From: Lama glama
Taxonomy: Eukaryota
Direction of reading: 5' to 3'
Assembly: GCA_028534125.1 (NCBI GenBank)
Contig: CM052816.1
Span: 96,102,001 to 96,166,000, forward strand
Length of the DNA: 64,000 bases
The notes beneath the pieces were generated by a model that was not told the origin of the DNA, made no database searches, and saw only the letters and a list, made by a program, of their open reading frames with translations. The translations under genes and the position numbers were made by a program. Numbering within the stretch: position 1 is the stretch's first letter; each line of letters starts with the position of its first letter. This document shows positions 1 to 13,595 of the stretch, piece by piece.

Positions 1-759
1 AAGTCATCTGTTCGTGGTGACTACCATGCTGGATAGCGCAGGGATGGGCCTTCGGTGCCTAGCACTGTAAATGAGCTTGGCATGGGCTGTATTCCTGTGT
101 GTCTATGCAAAGGCCCTTCTGAACTGACATTATCTCTGAGTCAGTTTTTGGAAAGCATCATGGTTCACATTTTGAGAAAACTGAGCTAGGGAAAGGAAAA
201 CTGGGGAATTGTTGTAATTCTGCTATTAACTATTTCTCTAATGTAAAGGAAATCTCTTATTGCCTTTCCTTTTGGTCTCAATCTCTTTAAGCAAAAAATG
301 TATCAAAGACTTGACCACACCAATGATTCTGTTCTCTTTAAACTTGGACAGTAATGTAGCCAAAGGACCTTTGGGACATTCCTTATCTCTTTAAGAAACT
401 CCCTCTTCTCTAACTCTTCTAAATAATATAATGAAATTCTGTATTATGAGAGCGAAATAGAAATTGAGATTTCTGTTGACATTGTTGACATTGACAATGT
501 TTTTTATCACAAATACTTAGTAGGAAAAAATCAACACATTTTATATAAGGAGTGATTTGACCTTGAATTTTCATAATTTCTACAATTAATTAACTTATAA
601 AGTGGGACCATATACCACTTTAGACAGAACACTTTTTCTTACTATCTAGGTGCAAACAACTCAGATATGAAATATTAATATATATTTTAAGTCACCAATG
701 CAGTGAATTTTAGGAACTCTTCCTCTGAAAGCTCCCTGACTTACAACATCAGTTAGAAA

Positions 760-1185
760 TATCTAGGCTGCAAGTAATGGATGACCGAGCTAACAGTGAT
801 AAAAATCGTAAGGATATTTATTGTTCTCTAACTCAACTGAAAGAATTAGGCATCAGGCGCTGGTTCAGAAGCTCAGAAATGTCAGCAGGGACCCAAACTC
901 TGTCATTTTGCTCAATGGTCCTCATGGAGTTGGCGCTGGCTTTTTGTTTTCACTTCGTGTTTGGATGTCTGTTGGCAGCACTCGGAGGCAGGCAGCAGCA
1001 GGAGAGTGGAGAATAACCTACTTCTTTACTCATCTGTTTCATATCAGAATCAGCAGCAAAAGCAAACCCTTTCATGGGAGCCATGTGCAGAACTGTTTAT
1101 ATGCAAGTGGCCAGCGCTGTGTCACAGGGCTGTCTCTGGGTGTACAGGGAAAGGAAGTGTCTGGCATAAGGAAATGGGGAAATCC
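760..1185 (-). mobile_element. Old MaLR LTR remnant (MLT1J/K-like)
   Basis: Diverged motifs such as tcagcagggacccaaactctgtc and gcaagtggccag...gtcacagggc resemble old MLT1 LTRs. Confidence 0.4.
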
Positions 1186-1207
1186 ATGAATTAACCCCTG
1201 AATCTAG

Positions 1208-1571
1208 CAGGTCTGGGAATAGGGTAAGGAACTCACCTTGGGTGCATGTATCAGAGGCACCGTAAAAGTCAGTAACTAAGATAAGATAACAGCAAAAAAA
1301 CAATATTAATGACAAAAGAAATCATGATGAACAAACTATCCAGATGTTAAATAGACAGGATCAGCTGTCTCTGGCCAACTCTGGAACTCCAGTGTCTTTA
1401 TTTAATATATTGATAACTTGTTCCTCCTGGACTTTTTTTTTTTTGGTGTTAATTTACACCTTTAAAAATATTGCATTGAAATGTTATCTTGATTGCTGAA
1501 TTTTTTGACACCCTCTTAAATTTCGCACTCTAGGCGAGGACCTCACTTGCCTGACTCTCGTCCCAGCTCTT
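1208..1571. mobile_element. MER96B-like hAT MITE (imperfect palindrome)
   Basis: Left end caggtctgggaatagggtaagg...ctcaccttgggtgca mirrors right end aaatttcgcactctaggcgagg...cctcacttgcctgactctcgtcccagctct; internal catgatgaacaaa...atagacaggatcag matches recalled consensus. Confidence 0.65.
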
Positions 1572-4096
1572 GCTGTTTTGCAAAATTGAGTCTGTTAGTA
1601 AGGAAGAGAACTGTTGGGCGACGCGCCTGGTCTCCAGAGCCGAGTGATGGGTTCTGTTGTATCTATCCCATGAATAAATCCTTACATGTGCTTCATGGAA
1701 TATTTTATACTCTAAAACTCTGGTGGATAAACAAAGTATGGACTCTTATCTTGAATTTATTTCTGAACAAGCAGTAACACACAGTACCTTTATCTATTGA
1801 AAAACTGACTAGACACTCTCTTGACAGGAACCAGAACCCTTTCCCCTAGCAGATAGTTCCCAGCCAAGTCTGAGATACCAGGAGAAGAGCAGGAATTTCT
1901 CATTTCTGCATTTTCTCATATTTTAAAAGAAGTATTGTCAAATGACTTGAAACTTAAAAGATGATTTATGAAAACATTGAGAGACTAGAAAGAGCTGTTG
2001 GTGCCTTTTCGTGTCTCTTGGAGTGGACAAGGGAAATTGGACTCCCTTTGAGAATGACTAAGTATGTTCTCAAAGAGCTCACGTTGCAAAATTGTGAGAA
2101 TTATAATTATGCAATGTGAAAGCTGATGCAAAAGAATTCACCCTTCTTTTAATATTAATCTCACTCTATCTTTGGCCTGATTAACTCTTAGGTGATGTTG
2201 ATAAGCTGTTTATTTGAAGCCTGTTAAGCTTTTTTTCCCCTCAAGGGACATGATAAAAGCCAGCCAGCCATCTTTCATTGGGAAAACTTGAAAATTCTAT
2301 CGGGATGTTCCTTATGAATACAGGTAATTCTCCTACGATGAAAATTTCACGTGAAAAAATTTCATCTAAACCGATGAAGCCTGTGTAATATAGATATGTA
2401 GTAGGAATTTCATGCAAGCCTATAAAATAAATTTGTATTAAGGGTCAAATGTATTATTCACGCCATTTATAAGATTTAAACTCTTCAATCTCAAAGGCGG
2501 CTGCACAAAATTGCTCACTGTCTTCTCTGATTTAATTCAGCTTTTGAAAGCTCTTGAGGGCAATGTTTGGAATTTAGGGGAAAAAGAGGGAAGAACATAT
2601 GGAAATAATAAATTTACATAGTTGGTTGTTAAAGGTGCCTGCTATGAGAAAATTTAATGTACACAGCAGTGAAAGAAAAAGCGGGAAGATTACAGTGAGC
2701 TTTGCATGTGTTTATCATTACCGTTCTTATTTAAGATTTCCCCTTCCTCCTGAGCCAAACCTGAACACTCGTGGTGTTTTTTTTAGCAACCTTTTTTTAA
2801 GCAACAAATGAAATACTGTTTCTCCAAGCTATATCCTGCCTCATGCCCTGCCTATTTCCATATACCTATTTTTTTTTTCTGGTCACTTGAGGTGCCTTTT
2901 GATTTTATTTAATTTAATTTTTGAATTCAGCTATCCCATCACATGAATTGAAAGTTGTTTTCGTTGCAACTGAGCATCCAGTCCATTGCAGCTCTGCATC
3001 TCTTGGCGAGAACCATGTAACTGTCAGCAGCGGGGCGGGGAGTATAGTTAGATGATATTCCATCTGCGGGATGTTTTGTAACTCTCCAGCGCTCTGGGTT
3101 TCTTCTACCTTTCTACCTATGTGAAGCTCCAGCTGATATTGCCAAGAATTTCACACTCCAAGTGAGAGAAAGATATCTCCCGAAGGATGCATAATTCTGT
3201 TATGCAGCAATAGCTCTTTCTATGACTTGATGCCAAGCAAAAACATTTGCTGGTGCTGGAACTATTTGTTAGCCAATCCACCCACATGACCTTCTAGAAG
3301 TTCTCCCATCCCAGCAATTTGCTTTTGACCTATTCCCGCCCTGCTTTATAACTGTGACCTCCCGCTTCTCCTGCGGTAGGTGGGGGAGCAGCCATGACTG
3401 TCTGTAGGTGCACGTCTAGCCCAGGACCCGCTCTGCCTCCCTGCTGTTTTTATCATCTGTAGGACGTTAAGGGAAAGTGTGCATGGCTAAGGCAGCAACC
3501 GTCTTCAGATGGAGTAAAATGGAGATTAGATCAGCACTTTGCAATGATTTCCTGTGTGCTATATTTGTCCCTGTGTTAGATTAGAAGGACTTAAGCCTTT
3601 TATAGCCTGAGCCCCAACTCCTCTGGCCGCGTAACCGCACAAGCAGCAATGTCCAAAGAACTTGACGTGATGATAAGGTCCCGTGAAAAGTTCTGCTTTA
3701 ATGGAATGTACTGTGGAGTTCTGGGATCTTTAATCAGTGGGTTTTCTAATCCTATTCAAAGAAATAGAAATGCAAATCAGAAAGAAATAAGCCGCATTCA
3801 CAAACAGCGTGCCCACGCGAGCAGGCAGCCCTGGGGTCCTGCTGAGCGCTCCCCGGGGCCGGGAGGGGGGCCCCGTGGTGTCTGGGCAGCTCATCATTTC
3901 TCCACTAAGCGTTTACAGATGGTTTTGCACAAAAAATCAAGATTTGAGTTAGAGACTAAAAATCCTTTGCTTTAAAGTCTGAAATTGTCTCCTATTTGGT
4001 ATTTATCCAGCATGGGGGCCTAGTAAAGGGGTTAGGATCTGTGGTCTGGGTCCCCAGACCCCAGGGCACATAGATTAACATCGTGTTCACTTGGGC

Positions 4097-4098
<2 letters not shown>

Positions 4099-4132
<34 letters not shown>
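4099..4132. repeat. (TG)n microsatellite
   Basis: Perfect TG run seen directly. Confidence 0.95.
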
Positions 4133-4135
<3 letters not shown>

Positions 4136-6999
4136 AATAATTAATGGTTAAATGAGATTTACCTTCGTAGCCTAAATTCTATTTAAAAAAATTGATGTTA
4201 TATAGAAAGTAGGGACTTAAAATTATATACCTCTTCCCTGAGGATTTAAAGTGTGAATATTTATCAACATGAAAATGTTGGGACTAATGATCTCTGTTCA
4301 TTTTGGGGTAATATTCGTAGTTACTGAGAAATTGATGTGAAAACATAAAGAAGACAGTTTCTTATGAAAGATTTCTGGCAAAACAGTAAACTGAGTTGAT
4401 GGGAGAAATCCCTCAGTTTCCCCTATGATGGCATTAAAAATGACAGAGATGCTCCAAAAGTGAAAAGGGGAAAATCTCGGGATATCAGAAATGAATCAGG
4501 TCTGGAATCCTCAGTAGGAGTCCAGGTTGAAAGACCTTAGGGGCTGGGGTTTGAAAACATGCTTAGGGATGGGAGAAGTGGGTGGTCGGGATACTGATGG
4601 ACACGGAGGGCTGAAACTCAACCTCCTGTAGAAAGCTGTAAGTCACAGTCGTCCCTGCTAAGTGGAAATTCAAAGGAAGTGCCTAACAGCTCCCTAGGTA
4701 GCGGGAGGGAAGCTGGAGTGGAAACAGACTCTCGAAGGAGAGATTCAAACACCAGGCCTGCTTAATGGGACCTTTTGTGGACCCAAACGTATACTGTCCC
4801 TGTGAGGGAGGAGCCCCAGACAGGGAGATTGAGAGTTGACGGGGAAACACCGTCCTGGGCTCTGAGAGCGCCCTCTAGAGTTATGCCCTCCAGACTTGCC
4901 TTCATAGTCCTTGGTTCTTGCAGGACTGACTTGCTGACGATGAGCTCAGAGTCAATCCATACGCACCAGTGAGACCCTAAATGGCTCCAAGAGAGTCAGC
5001 AGACACAGTCAATGTAGAACGTACATCCCCAGATCCATAAAACAGACCGACCCCCAACAGATTTTAAAGTAAGGGATACACTCTTGGAATCAGAACATCC
5101 AAAGCAGAGGCAGGGCATAGATAAGACAGAAAATAGATGTAGCAAAGAATAGTAATGTGAGCTGGAAAAAAATTTCTGAGGAAGTCTGCGCAAATTTTGT
5201 TCATAGTGAGGAATAGATTAACCTGTATTTGAATTTAGAGTCAGGAATTTGCTTAATTATTTATCCAGAAAACATAACATGTAAGAAATATATGACTCAG
5301 TCCTAGATCACAGGAAACAAAATAGGAGTCATGATGGTCTAATTTTGATCACTTCCCCTCCTTTCTCTCTAAAAAGAGCCATATATTATTCCTTTATTTT
5401 CAATGAGTAAAGTATGTGATTTAGATAGACTTGGGTTTTTAGAGGGTGAGATTCTTATTTTATTCATTATTGTAACCAAAACAAGGACTTCACAGATGTT
5501 GGTGGAGATAATGACTTCATACTTAATTGTTTACTTTCGAAGAGTTTACGTTCTCCAACAGGATGAAGAAAATTTTTAAAAAGGTATTTAAAAGGTAAAT
5601 CATAAAAGCATTCATCATTTGTGCTCTTCTTTGCTTTTTAGCTCTTAGAATTCTAGTTTTCTTATGTAAATAATGTAGATAATAACCTTTTTTTCAGGAT
5701 TTATCAAAGATTAAGGAATGTACATTGTGAAACAACCACCTTTTTGCTTAGCTTAGTGCCTAAAATACTGTGTGCAATCAGTACGTACCATGATTGGTAT
5801 TATTTTCATGTCAATTTTATTATTCCACCATGATCTGGAATAAAATTCCTCAAGAATGCATATAAGGCTTCATTTCTTTTGGTAGTTGTTGTCTTGTTAT
5901 AAAAAACAAGGTATGCGATGTAATAACTTATTTGTTTAGGGGAACACTATTGACATAGTTCGTTCCTGGGTCTCTGTCTCTTAATCTAACCTCTCTTTAT
6001 AGTTGCCTTTAATTTCTTAATAGATGTGTTTTTGAAAAACACCCTTCCTGATTTTTAGGCTATTAAAATGTTGTCTCTTTTGAAATATATTCAGTCTGTC
6101 AAATTTCTTAAGATCTTGCTTGCTGTACTCTGTTAAGGCTGCTAAGAGAATCAAAGGCCCATCCCTGTGGGTAACTCCCTAAACATCGTCCCTAAGTATT
6201 TGTCCTGATGCTTGACGCTAACTTTGGGTTAATGTCCAACAGTACAGATGAGCTGTGATATCCACTGCGGAGGTGAACGGTGGTTCACGGGGTGACAAGG
6301 TCATTGAATTCCATTGTGGGCTCAAAAGCCATTGTGGAGAGATGATGTCATTGTTGAAATTCTTGTTTATCTTGAATTTAAAAACCAAACAGAAACAAAC
6401 TCTTGTTGTCCTCTTGGAAAACAAAGGACAACAAAAATTCCAAAATATGTTATCATGACTTCAGGGGTATCAGCCATGAAATGTTGTCAAAGGAATAATT
6501 GTCTGATCATCAATCTTGGGTTCCGGATCCTTCCGCCTCCTCCACCCCAGTGGTTCTTATGAAACTAAGTGGATGTTTTGCCCTCAAAGGGTAACTTTCT
6601 CCATGGATTTTTGTTTAGTTTTTTCCCTTGCCCTCAAGAAAATAGTTGAGTTATGCTAACTTGGCTCCTTCACTGCTGAACAAGCCAGCATGATGTGGTA
6701 TTAAATGTAAAGACAGACTAAGTTGGAATTGATGAGATTTTGAATTTTTTAAAAGAAGGTGGAAAATTGGACATGAGAGTCATGTCACATCCTGTATGAG
6801 AGAAGAGACTCATTTTGGATTCCATGGATGTCAACGTGTCATCAGTTCAGCTTCAGTCTGAGTTGATGTTTGAAAGTCTCCTCTGTGGCCACTTCATAAT
6901 TTGGGCCACTGTGTTACAAAGAAAAACAGTGCTGATCATCATGACAGGTTATGAAAAATACCAAGAACAGTGGTCTTGAATTCTAGCAATGTCTCACAA

Positions 7000-7225
7000 G
7001 ACAACAACGAGTATTTACTGAGTCCCTTACATACGGCATGGCTTTGGTCTTTATGAAAGTTCTATATAGTGGCTATGTCCCTACCCTTTTATGTAGCCCA
7101 GGAAACAGGCTAAGAGAAGTGAAGTAACTTGCCCATAACGCCAGGGTGCACGTGGAGCAGGGCAGGGACTAGAATCCTGGTCGTGCCGGACAGCAAAGGT
7201 CAGGCATTAGAATTCTACAGCCATG
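7000..7225 (-). mobile_element. MIR SINE
   Basis: Core ggaaacaggctaagagaagtgaagtaacttgccca, plus gggactagaatcctgg. Confidence 0.7.
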
Positions 7226-7276
7226 AGCCTTGGTGGGAAAGAGCTTGTAGCGTGCTGCTCCGACCTTGTGTGCACG

Positions 7277-7278
<2 letters not shown>

Positions 7279-7316
<38 letters not shown>

Positions 7317-7318
7317 GT
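7279..7318. repeat. (TG)n microsatellite
   Basis: Seen directly. Confidence 0.95.
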
Positions 7319-7495
7319 AGGCAGGGAGTTTGGTGCTGCTGAGGACCTGGGGGCCTGGACAGGAGGGGAAGCACATTGCATCCTTGTCAGCATCTCTGTG
7401 CTCCCCCTCCTCACGTTAACAGAAGCTTCTCCTGGCCCTCCTGGCCGCCAGGTTTACGAGGGGCTCTCAGCCGGTGCTTTGTGCCTTGAATCAAA

Positions 7496-7829
7496 ATGTG
7501 GAATCTAAAAAAAATTGAGACGAATGAATTTATTTACAAAACAGAAACAGACTCATAGACATAGAAAACAAACTTGTCGTTACCAGAGGGGAAAGGGCAG
7601 GTGGAGGGAAAAATTGGGAGTTCGGGATTTGTAGATACTGACTACTATATATAAAACAGGTAAACAACAAGGTCCTACTGGGCAGCACAGGGAACTGTAT
7701 TCAATGCCTTATAATAGCCTATAATGAAAAAGACTATGAAAAGGAATACATGTGTAAAACTGAATCACCGTGCTTTACACCAGAAATTAACACAACACTG
7801 TAAACTGACTATACTTGAGATAAAAAAAA
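7496..7829 (+). mobile_element. 5'-truncated L1 3' end (cetartiodactyl/camelid type)
   Basis: tatttacaaaacagaaacagactcatagacatagaaaacaaactt...aacaacaaggtcctactg...cacagggaactgtattcaat...acacaacactgtaaactgactatac plus an A tail. Confidence 0.9.
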
Positions 7830-8064
7830 CATATTTAAAAGTTTGAGGCAAAAATATCTCATTATGTACCTTCGTGCCTAAAGTAAGGGACTCCTTTGCT
7901 AGATCCCAGGGGCATTTTTTATACTACAGAGGGACAGACCACCCGCATCTAGCTGAAATAACTTGTGTAGCATCCATAGCTTTCTTTTGTATTTCAGTTT
8001 CATCCCTTTCATCACAGAGTGGAAACCTGAGAACTAACACTTAATTGTTCAACTTTGTGGTCGA

Positions 8065-8680
8065 CATTTATTCATTCGGTTAGTCATTGAACCAACATCT
8101 GGTTGTTCATTAAGAGCATTTTTATCGAGCAGGTGACCGTTATGTGTCAGCCTTTGTGTTGGGCTCTGGGAAGACAGGAGGTGGGAAGACAGCTGTGCAA
8201 TCAGGCGGATGGAACATGGTGTCATGGGTTCTGTCAGGGCAGAGCTCGTGCACTGTGCATGCATGGGGGGCATCCTTCCTCTTGTCTCAGGAGACGCATG
8301 GGAGCTTTCTGGAGAAGGTGTCTTCGCAACTGGCATCTGGAAACAGGTAACAGAGCGCCAAGTGCGGAAAGGAAGGTTAAGGGGAGGTCTGGTTAGTCCC
8401 TGGACCAAAAGTCCTTGATACAGTTAGAGCCCAAAGTGTGCCTTGTTTGCCAGAGAGAATGTAGTTGGAGATGAGATGGAACCTGATCGGTGTGGTTTTG
8501 CTGAGGTTTTATCTAAGGATGTTGACACAGGCAGGGGACACTGGAGGGCCAAGGCACTGAAGAAGTTCTGGGCATAGCCAGGTGAGCAGTGACCCTGACC
8601 ACAGCCATGGCCGGGGTGCAGGGGGTGCACATTAAAGACGTAGAAGCAGCAGAATTCGGTGAATGGGTTGGGGGCCTGGA
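8065..8680 (-). mobile_element. L2 fragment (3' end)
   Basis: ttcattc...agcatttttatcgagca...tatgtgtcagcctttgtgttgggctctggga is the reverse complement of the L2 3' terminus. Confidence 0.55.
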
Positions 8681-10433
8681 GTGTGTCCCTGCAATATATT
8701 AAAGGATAATTTCACTGCCTTCAGTTCAGTTTGATTGAAACCTGATGATTCCTACTTTTTTAGTTGAATTTCAGCACTTGGAAAAGGGATTTTCATCATT
8801 CCTGTCCAAATAAATTTAGTTAAATAACTTCGGTTAAAAAAATGGATGCGAAATAGAGCCATAAATATTCATCGATATTATACTGTATGACGTGGAGGTA
8901 AAGAACTGTTGCCTTATAACTTTCAAGACATGGAAGATTCAGATGCCCCTCTCATCTTCGCCCTGGGCACCGGGTTCCTTTTCTGTGGGTCTCCCTTTAT
9001 TCCAAGCTACTAACACGGTTAGAAGAGATCTTTCATCCGCAGCTTTTTGTCTTGACGTCACCAATTACATTTGGCTTCTGGGGTAACATGTCTACCCCCT
9101 CTGGTCACCTTAATCCCTTTAACAGACTCCACATTTGAAAAGAGGCTTCTATTTACTCCTCAAGTTTGTAGAGTTATAGTCAGAGTCTCTTTTGCCTGGG
9201 CATCCTTAATGTAGTAGTGTTTATGTTTTGGGAAGAATAAAAATAGAAATGTTTATAACTGGTGGGAGGGAAAAAAAGAACTAATGCAAGCTGGAGTCAT
9301 CAGCTTGGTCTGTTCTGTTTGTGAAAACAGTTCTCGCTAATTATAGCCCTTCCAGAAGGACAGCATTATTATGGTGACCATATGCAATTAACTTGACTTC
9401 TTTCTTTCTCTACATATGAAAATAGACTTCTCTGCTGTTTTTTCCTCCCTTACATATTCCCTCAAGGACTGCATATCCTTTAGTGGACAGAGTCCAGCCT
9501 TGGTCTTTTTCTCTTCAGTAGTTCTCAGATCTCTGTATGGCATTAAATTTAATAGGCCTAGTATATCAAAGATAGAATTATAATTGTGAAAAGTCAGTTA
9601 AAAGAAGGGTGAATGGTAACATGAAATGAGATTTTTAATGGCTTGCCAAGAGTTATAATTAATGAGATGTGGATTGGCCACGCACGTGACCTTCAGGTGG
9701 GAAACAGACAAAGACCCCTGTGAATGGGCCCAGGACGGAGAAAGGTTTTTTCAGAAGAAAAGGACTCTCTACATCTTGCCAGCTTCGGCCTCCTCTTGTT
9801 TCGGGCTTTGTCTTGAAGTCAGGCTCCTTGGGGCGGCCAGGAGCAGCTTGATGGTCACACCCGGTGCACGAGAGCGCATCACTGGAAGGGACGGAACAAG
9901 CCGCACAGTGGGATCCCTGGGAGACGGGGCTTGGGTGGCCGGACAGGCACCCCTGTAACTGACAGGCCACTTGTTGTCTCGCTCTGAGTAGGAAGCTGCT
10001 TTTTGTGACGACGTTAATTCGTGGATCTGCTCCACTTCAGTATCTGTTTTACACTGTGAGTTTCTTTGAACACGAGTTGCAAACAAAGAGAGAATCATAC
10101 AAATGTGTGCTGGCTTTAATGCCTAATACCACCCAACTGCACAGCTTCCTCGCACACCCAGTGGGTTCCTGAGGCTATGAAAATTGTTTTTGTTTTTGTC
10201 TGATTAAACTCAGGTCCCTTTGAACTGCGTGGGGGTTCTTTTCCGCTTGCACTTTCTTATAACTGTGTGCAAAACCCTTTCTTTTTTTTTGTCTGATTTG
10301 GAATCCAAAGAGCCTTCAAGTCAGCCCACTCCACCTCCTTCATCCTTTTCTTAAAGCATAAAAATCTGTAGTTACGGTAACATCTGTTACATTTCATACC
10401 CTGAGGCAAAGGCAGGCAGAGCTGAACTTTCTT

Positions 10434-10487
10434 CACACACACACACACACACGCATGCATGCACGCGTGCGCGCGCACACACACACA
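10434..10487. repeat. Compound (CA)n/(CG)n alternating purine-pyrimidine tract
   Basis: 54 bp of uninterrupted alternation seen directly. Confidence 0.95.
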
Positions 10488-11129
10488 GATGCACACAACT
10501 GTCCTTTTTCTGCTCATGCACAGAAAATGAGTTGACTGGAAGCAGAAACAAATTAGAACAAATATCTAGTAATGTTTCAAAAAAGATGTTAGTTACCCAT
10601 TAAATTACCACGAAAAGAGTGTCTGTCTTTCAAGGGAGCCCACGGAGAGGAAAGGCATCTTCAGTGAAGCTGGGAACTTAACTGCACCTCTAAGCCGTCA
10701 CTTCTGGAGAAGGGCGGAGGAGGCAGGTTAGAATGTATGTTTATGGCACTAGAAACAGTGTCTGATTGGGAGACGCTTAGAAGCACATGTGCAGATAAAT
10801 GGCTTACTGGTTTCAGGGAGGGGTTTAAGTAGTCAAATTGATTCTAAGATGGATACCATCGCTTGCTATTAGGTGTGAAATTCTGCAGTGAACGTAGGGC
10901 AATGTGGATGGCTGGGCAGGGCTCACACGACCCTGCTGATGAAGAGGGTAGAATTCGTGCCTTTATTCTTGCGCGCATCCACTTGTCCCTTTGCTCAACG
11001 TTGCACAAGCCATTTTGCTGACTTTCAGCGTGGAGACCCACTTTCTTTTTGTTCTAACTTGCTTCCTTTAATATCCCTATAGAGACTCATATCAAATACC
11101 ACCTCTGTGTGTGGATGGCAGTCACATTT

Positions 11130-12285
11130 TTACGTTGAGTTCAGCCGCTCCTGAGCCCTGCGCCTCCCTATTCCTGTCTGCGTTGAGGTTTCCAGGGGGG
11201 ATCCCCACTTAGCTTTCCAGACTCCCAAACCTGTTTTTCCTCTTGTTTCTCCAATTTCAGAAATGCCCCCAGAGGCTGAGTAGCTCTTGGGGAGAACTTG
11301 GGCACCATCCTTAATGCCTCCCATTTCTTTCTTTCCCCAGTCAGCTAGTTCGAATCCACCCCCCTCCCCAACATGCCCCTTCCCTCTGGCTCCCCCGAAC
11401 CACTGAGGCATATCCGCCTTTCTGCCTCTGCGTCCGCGGGGATTCACTGTTCACTCCATAACCAAAGGAGCTTGTCAAAATGCAGAGTGGCTCATGCTTC
11501 CCTCCCCCAACCCCAGCACGTCCCCCGCCCCCACACCTTGGTTCCCTCATGCCACAGGACAGGGGCTGGCAACAACCGCCACCCACTTCCAGTGAGTGTG
11601 AGCGTCCTCTTGTTGGAACCTAGTGTCACCCACGCATCTGTGTTCCCCTGTACAGACAACAGTAGAGTCGAGAAGCTGTGACAGAGATCCTCTGGCCTGC
11701 AAAGCCTCACTCTCTGGCCCTTTCCAGAAAGAATTTTCTGATCACTCCTACAGAATTAAGTCTAATCATTTTCACCTTCACCTGCAAGTCCCTACCTGAA
11801 CTGGCCCCTCCTGCTGCGTGCGGACCCCTGGCTCATCTGCACCCCGGGACCTCTCCCCAGACAGGCCCCTCTCCTGCAGTGCCCTTCTGCCAGGTCTCTG
11901 TGTGACTCATTTTTGTCACGGAGGCTTCAGCAGGGTGGTCTTCCATGTAAACTCTGCATAATGGAGCTCCAAGCCACGCTCTAAAATGAAAAAAAAAAAA
12001 AATCACCCAGTACCTCCATTAAAAATAAGCAAACCTAATTGCCACCCCCAAACCAAAAAAAATTTAAAAAATAAGCAAAAAAATAAATCACCCTTTTAAT
12101 TTACATCTTGTCACTTACTATTTACGTTACTGACTCTGTCCTCCTCGCCAGCCTGCTCATCGGATGAGAGGAAGAACCTTCTCTGCTTACTCTCCTGCAG
12201 GCTGTCAGGTTCCTAGAGCAGGGCTGGGCGCAGAGTTGCTGAGCGCCCCCCGAAGAGAAGCCGCCGTGAGCCGGCAGTGGATGAT
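11130..12285 (+). mobile_element. L2 fragments, interrupted by a SINE fragment near 12000
   Basis: gagaacttgggcaccatccttaatgcctccc, ttcactccataaccaaaggagcttgtcaaaatgcaga, and 3' end cctagagcagggctgggcgcagag. Confidence 0.6.
12006..12084 (+). mobile_element. 5'-truncated Vic-1-type SINE
   Basis: cccagtacctccattaaaaataagcaaacctaattgccacccc matches the 3' half of the SINE at 19640; flanked by direct repeat aaatcaccc (12000-12008, 12085-12093). Confidence 0.8.
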
Positions 12286-13378
12286 CCCGGGGGAAGCATG
12301 GATGGGATCAAGCGATCAGACTTGACCTTGAGGAACCCCATGAATACTGGGCACAGAGGTGGGGGGGGTCTGTGAAATCATTTGGGGTACAGCAGGAAAT
12401 GACTGTATGAACTTATCAAGAAAAAAATTAAGGCAAGATTAGAAGTGTGACTGACACTGCATTCACGACTCCATGGAACTCAAAGCAGCGGCTCCTGGTT
12501 TGTCCCCATAAACCTGATGGGAAGGCGAGCAGCTCTGAGACAGTCAGGCTTCGCGTCCCTGTCAGGTCAGCGCCTGGAAATGAAAACAACCACAGTGTCA
12601 CCCAAATAAGCCAGAGTGGACAGAACAAAAGGACCGGTGGCATTTATTCTCCCTTGTCTCCTCTGTGCACTGCGTGGGAGCCCGTCTTAGTGGACGTTGG
12701 TGATGGGAAGGTGTGCACGGCAGAACTCTCTGGGGGATGCTGGGCCAGGCCGAAGTCCACCTTTGTTGGAAATAAAACCCCATAAATGTCAGCTTTTGTT
12801 CCAAATTGAAAACCTTTTTTTTTCTTCCATTCTAACGTCTTTAGTGTTTGACTTGGGGCCACTGGTACCAAAGTAGGAGCCTAGGAGGGAGGCGTTTAAG
12901 TTTCCTGGAACCGTGGAGAACATCAGCTAATAGGCCACGCTAGGAATTTCAGAAGGTTTATTTTTTTTTGCTTGGAGGAAATGGAAGGATAGTCATTAGC
13001 TGGGATTACACAATGATTTTGTGTGCCTGTGCATGGAACACTCAACTTTCATCCATGAGGAAGGTGAGATGTTCTGAATTCCTTTTTGTTTTAGTTGGGA
13101 AATATTGAAGGACAAATGAAACTAATAGAATAAAATATTCTAGAAATGCTCTTACTTGCTGATGCTAAGTGACACATAGCACGCCATGTGGCGTGATCAT
13201 TCCCTCCGATTTCTCATCATTAAAATGGGGCATTTATGAGTAGATGTGTCTAGGGATTCTTCTTACTTAAAGGCTGTGTATTATTTTTTGTCTCTGTTAC
13301 TAAGGAATTCCACCTAGGATGTTTAATTATCTGTAGTACATATTTACTGAGCTCTTCTTAGTTTGTGATCTTCTAGAG

Positions 13379-13595
13379 CAGAGATTGGAACACATGCTGT
13401 TGCTGTAAGGGGCAGATAGTAAATGTCATAGGCCTTGGAGGTCAGACAATCTGCATTCACCTTTGCCAGTGTCCCCCAGATGCGGCCCTATAGTGTACAT
13501 TAAATGAATGGGCAATGCTGTGCTCCATAAAAACTTATTTACAAAAGAAGCAATGGGTCCAGTGTGGACCATGGACCACCATTTGCCAGGTCCTG
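13379..13595 (+). mobile_element. MER58A hAT-Charlie MITE
   Basis: ctgtaaggggcagatagtaaat...gaatgggcaatgctgtgctccataaaaacttatttt; CAG...CTG ends; 8-bp TSD ttctagag/ttctagat. Confidence 0.85.

Noticed and set aside
4350..5260. Possible old L1/HAL1 5' region (similar stretch at 55700-57060)
   Set aside because: Only compositional resemblance; too diverged to assign by eye.
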